64,000 bases of DNA, taken from the NCBI GenBank assembly GCA_965113315.1, contig OZ220363.1. One strand, 5' to 3'. Below, one piece after another: positions 60,590-64,000 of this stretch. Numbering within the stretch: the stretch's first letter is position 1; each line of letters starts with the position of its first letter. The stretch comes from Podarcis vaucheri (taxonomy: Eukaryota). Under the pieces are notes generated by a model that had not been told where the DNA came from, did no database searches, and saw only the letters and a list, made by a program, of their open reading frames with translations. A program made the position numbers and the translations under genes.

Positions 60590-61960
60590 GAGCGAAGACC
60601 TAACCTGCGCCGCCCACCTTCCGCCGCGGCTTGTGAGTGAGCGGGTCGCCAGAGCCGCGCGGGCGCGACGTGCCCTTCACGGGCCAGTAAACTGAGCTGC
60701 TGGGAAAGAGGAACAAGTGAGCTATCGGGGCAACGAATGTCGCTGCTGGGGCGGCTTCATGCTAGAGAGATTAAGGGAGTTTCAAGGGTCCTGGAAACCA
60801 GCTCAATAAAGAGCGCACTTTCACTGGATGCTGGGATGCGATGCGGGGCGGGGGGGGGGGCGAGTGTGTGGCTGCGGGTAGAATTCTGCACACCTCCGTA
60901 ACTGCGCAAGCACACCGCCCCCACCCCAAACAACCCCACCGCGGTGCCGTGCGCTCTGCGCCCCGGGGCAATGCCTTCCGCAACCCTGATTACGCGCGAG
61001 GTAACAAGCAAGGACGCAGCGCGATCTCTCGCCGACGGGGAAGCTGGTGGGAGGCGCCACCGGTGTTGCTTCACAGGGACCTCCGAGCCTCTGCATCTGG
61101 CCCGACGGTCCTCTCCCCTCCTCCACTTTCCTTCCCACCTGCTGCAGGCGCTCCCAGCAAGTCCAGGTGTCCTTACCTGGCTCTTGTCCTCCGTCCGCCG
61201 CCTCCCCCCGGCCCTGAGCTTTACGCGCAGCCCACAGACAGCAGCGCCCTTTTCTACGCTTCCTCTGCCCTCTTTTCCTTGCTTGCACACGCCTCCCTTT
61301 GGGATCAGTCACTTTCCTCTCCCCTCTTTTGTTAATTCCCGGAGCCGGGGCCTCCCCTCCCCTCCCCGGAAGGCGAAGAACAAAAGGAAAGCCCACAAAA
61401 GAAAAAGAAAAAAGGTTACATTAACTTTCTGCTCAGCCATCGCAAAGTCGCCCAGGGCAAAGGGGAAGCCGCCTGCTCCGCCTCCCCTCGCCCCCCCCCC
61501 TACCTTGACTCAGCCGAGCTGCCCCTTCCTCCCCTCCGGTAAGTTGAGGCAAGAAAAAACTCGCATCGCCACCGGAGGGCTCGAGAAAAGCGCCGCCACT
61601 GCTAGAAGTGCCAAAAATAAAGTAAACACAGAGGGTCACCGCTGCCCACGTGAGAAGCGGCGCGGCGTCCCGGGAGCTCCGAGAAAAGAGCCTGGGCTGG
61701 GAGGAGGAGGAGGAGGAGGCGAGCGAAAGTGGCGGCAATTAACTCCGCAGGCGCCGGGACTGACCCCAACTCAGGACGCCTGGCAGCAGCAGCAGGGTCG
61801 AACCCGGATGTGGGAATCCTGCTGCTTGCGGGGGGAGGGGTGGGAAGCCCCCGGGACCTGAATCCGACAGTCAGCCGAGCCTGACCTGAGAACCCAACTC
61901 TCGGGTTAGTTCGTCCTATAAAGAATTAACACGGCGGGTCCCTGCCCTCGAATGACATGC
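60590..61960. promoter_or_regulatory. CpG island, likely LARGE2 promoter / non-coding first exon(s)
   Basis: High GC and CpG density against a CpG-depleted background; minus-strand donors CAG|gtaagg (exon end 61177) and AAG|gtaggg (61504). Confidence 0.75.
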
Positions 61961-62269
61961 TCGCTGCACTGCTTGAATGGCACCTGCTCATGCCCATCTA
62001 GTTTCCTCTTACTGTTTTTATAACACGCACTCGTGCATGTTTACACAGAGGTAAGTCCCGCTGCATTCAATGGGGCTTACTTCCCTGTAAGGGAACTAGG
62101 AATAAATCTCACTGGGATCAAGCCTTTGCTGTTGTTTTGTAACCCAGACCCTTGTTTTGTCGTGTCCTACTCTTCGTTGACCCCATGGACCAGAGCACGC
62201 CAGGCAACTTTTGAGGAAAGATAGCTTGGAGTGAGCTTTATCTTTTTTAATAAAGAAAGACGGAACTCT

Positions 62270-63000
62270 TGTATCGCGGGTTTCCCACAAGCATCTAGTT
62301 AGCCACTATGAGAACCAGATGCTGGACTAAGCTGGGCCACCGGCTCTTATGTTCTTACTATGCGCCAAGATCTATGGCCGTGCAAAGAGAGAGATGCATC
62401 GAGTGTGCCTGTTTGCTCGCAGGCGAGGTTGGAGAGGCTTCTCCAAAAATAATCAGCTCCGGTCACCATTTTTCTGTCCTGCTTGAAAATAAAAGCGTCC
62501 GGGGGATTCATCAAAGCCCCATCCACCCGAAAAGGTCTCGAAGAAACAGGAGCGGCTAAAGATGGAAGCGCGTTCTTCTTATCTAGGAGCCTCCGGCCGA
62601 GAGACTCGGAGGCAACGCGCGCCGTGCCGAGGACCTGGAAGGAGCCCGGGCGACGAGCCTGCAGGAATGCCAACTATGCGGAGGCTGCCTGTACCTGCAG
62701 CTGCTCCCTTGCTGGTGGCCCCCAGGCCCGCACGGGGAGGAAGAGAGAGAGAGAGATTCTCCTCCAGCATCCGCGAAGAAACGAGCAGCGCCCGAGAAAA
62801 ACCATACCTGGGGCGGAGAGGGAAACCAGCTTCACCGCCTCCCTTCACGCCCCGGTACAAGCAAGTGCAGACCCGCCTGCACTCGCGGGCCGTCTGGGCC
62901 TTCGTACCAGCGAGACGCAGAGATGTCTGCCCCCAGGCTACCATTTATTTCCATTACAAAACTGCAACGGCAACGAAGCTCTCGGGGAGTTTTTCCAGCT
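62270..63000. promoter_or_regulatory. Second CpG island (alternative LARGE2 first exon or promoter of a divergent neighbour)
   Basis: CpG-rich; minus-strand donor CAG|gtatgg with exon end 62808. Confidence 0.6.
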
Positions 63001-64000
63001 AGTTTGCAGACCCACCTTTTACGGCTCTAAAGGGAGGTGGGGTGTTCATTGTACAAAGAAACTAATAACTCCTTTCCAGTTGTCACATTCCCAACAAACA
63101 TGCATAGAAGAAGGGTGCAGGTCTGGCCCTAGCCGAGGGTGTGAACAGTCAGAGGGAAGATATTACAAGCGGTAAAATGTATCTTCTAGTCAAACAGTTT
63201 TTGTATGTTGTGGGTAGAGGGGGGAGAAGACGGACAAAGTTTCTTTTGTGGAATGCATGACTTCTACAGTACAGGCCATTTCTGAGTTTCCCCTCTCCAA
63301 GAAATGCAGCAAGAGGAGAGGGTGGAGAATGCTTTTAGGGAAAGGTCATTAAACGTGCAGCTCTGCTGGAGCCACACATTAGAGATCCGAAGACACCCGT
63401 AAGCGTGTGCGTGCGTGCGCGCGCGCGCACACACACACACACGCATAGTAATATGGTTTACACATGCATCCATAGGCACATAATTTAGTGCAGTAGTTGC
63501 AGAATCATGAATATGACTGACAGACGAAAACCCCTTGGCCAACTTTTTTAGGTCACAGAAATGTGCTCTCCCATGTATACTTGCAAAGTGAAGCAAAGCA
63601 CCACATATGCATGCGCACACAGAGCTTTTGCACATTAACAAGTACTTTTGCTCCTATCCATTACCACCACGTTTTGGAATGTTGCTGTCTATGTCAGGGC
63701 CTGTGCTAAGTTAACTCAAAGGCAGAAACAACCCTTAGGAAATGTAAGACAAGACCTTTCTGTGACAGGTTAGATTTTTTACTTCCCCTATGATCCTCTC
63801 TTGTGCCAGACAAAATAGTAGGCTGGCATAAATCACACAAGGAAGAGGGAAATCAAGGGACCAGAGGTCTCCCAACTCCTGCACCTTCAGTTCTAAGGAA
63901 TCCTTTTGTCCCAAGAGAAAATCCTTCTCAAACGTCACCATATTAATTGGCTCCTTTTGTTATTCCTGGCTGGAATCTATCCTTCCTCAGCAGCTTCTTG

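Noticed and set aside
61433-61738. Minus ORF with a hydrophobic stretch and a phase-1 donor that could join LARGE2 exon 50726 as an alternative TM exon
   Set aside because: Starts at TTG immediately after an in-frame TAA and has no in-frame ATG
60757-61861. Long ORFs on both strands (up to 305 aa) in the first CpG island
   Set aside because: Low-complexity P/R/G/A-rich translations with no recognisable domain; expected from stop-poor GC-rich DNA
62483-63175. 230-aa and 146-aa + strand ORFs as possible PEX16 start
   Set aside because: No resemblance to the PEX16 N-terminus in any frame I read; PEX16 is probably outside the window

Overview
Vertebrate genomic DNA; the repeat repertoire (CR1, L2, Penelope-like, hAT/Tc1 MITEs) suggests a squamate reptile, probably a lizard (inference). 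It holds two convergent genes. (1) The 3' part of PHF21A/BHC80 on + (13 canonical coding exons, 3385-31209, plus a 23-nt neuronal-type microexon 'ANEEHWPK' that is mutually exclusive with the AT-hook exon); the N-terminal ~50 aa lie upstream of the window. (2) The complete coding region of LARGE2/GYLTL1B on - (14 coding exons, 52214-40806, 740 aa, two GC-AG introns), with CpG-island 5' end(s) at ~60.6-63.0 kb. The most striking unexplained structure is a set of short, near-perfect palindromic insertions in PHF21A introns (494-700 and 22982-23240, plus a decayed relative at ~15855-15990). They carry minimal hammerhead-ribozyme cores (CUGAnGA-stem II-GAAA, loopless palindromic stem III) and an unpaired ~30-nt tail, matching non-autonomous Penelope-like retroelements. 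One sits ~200 nt downstream of the microexon/AT-hook splicing switch. Exon coordinates were read by hand from splice sites and checked for frame continuity; family names of repeats are from recognition, not database searches.
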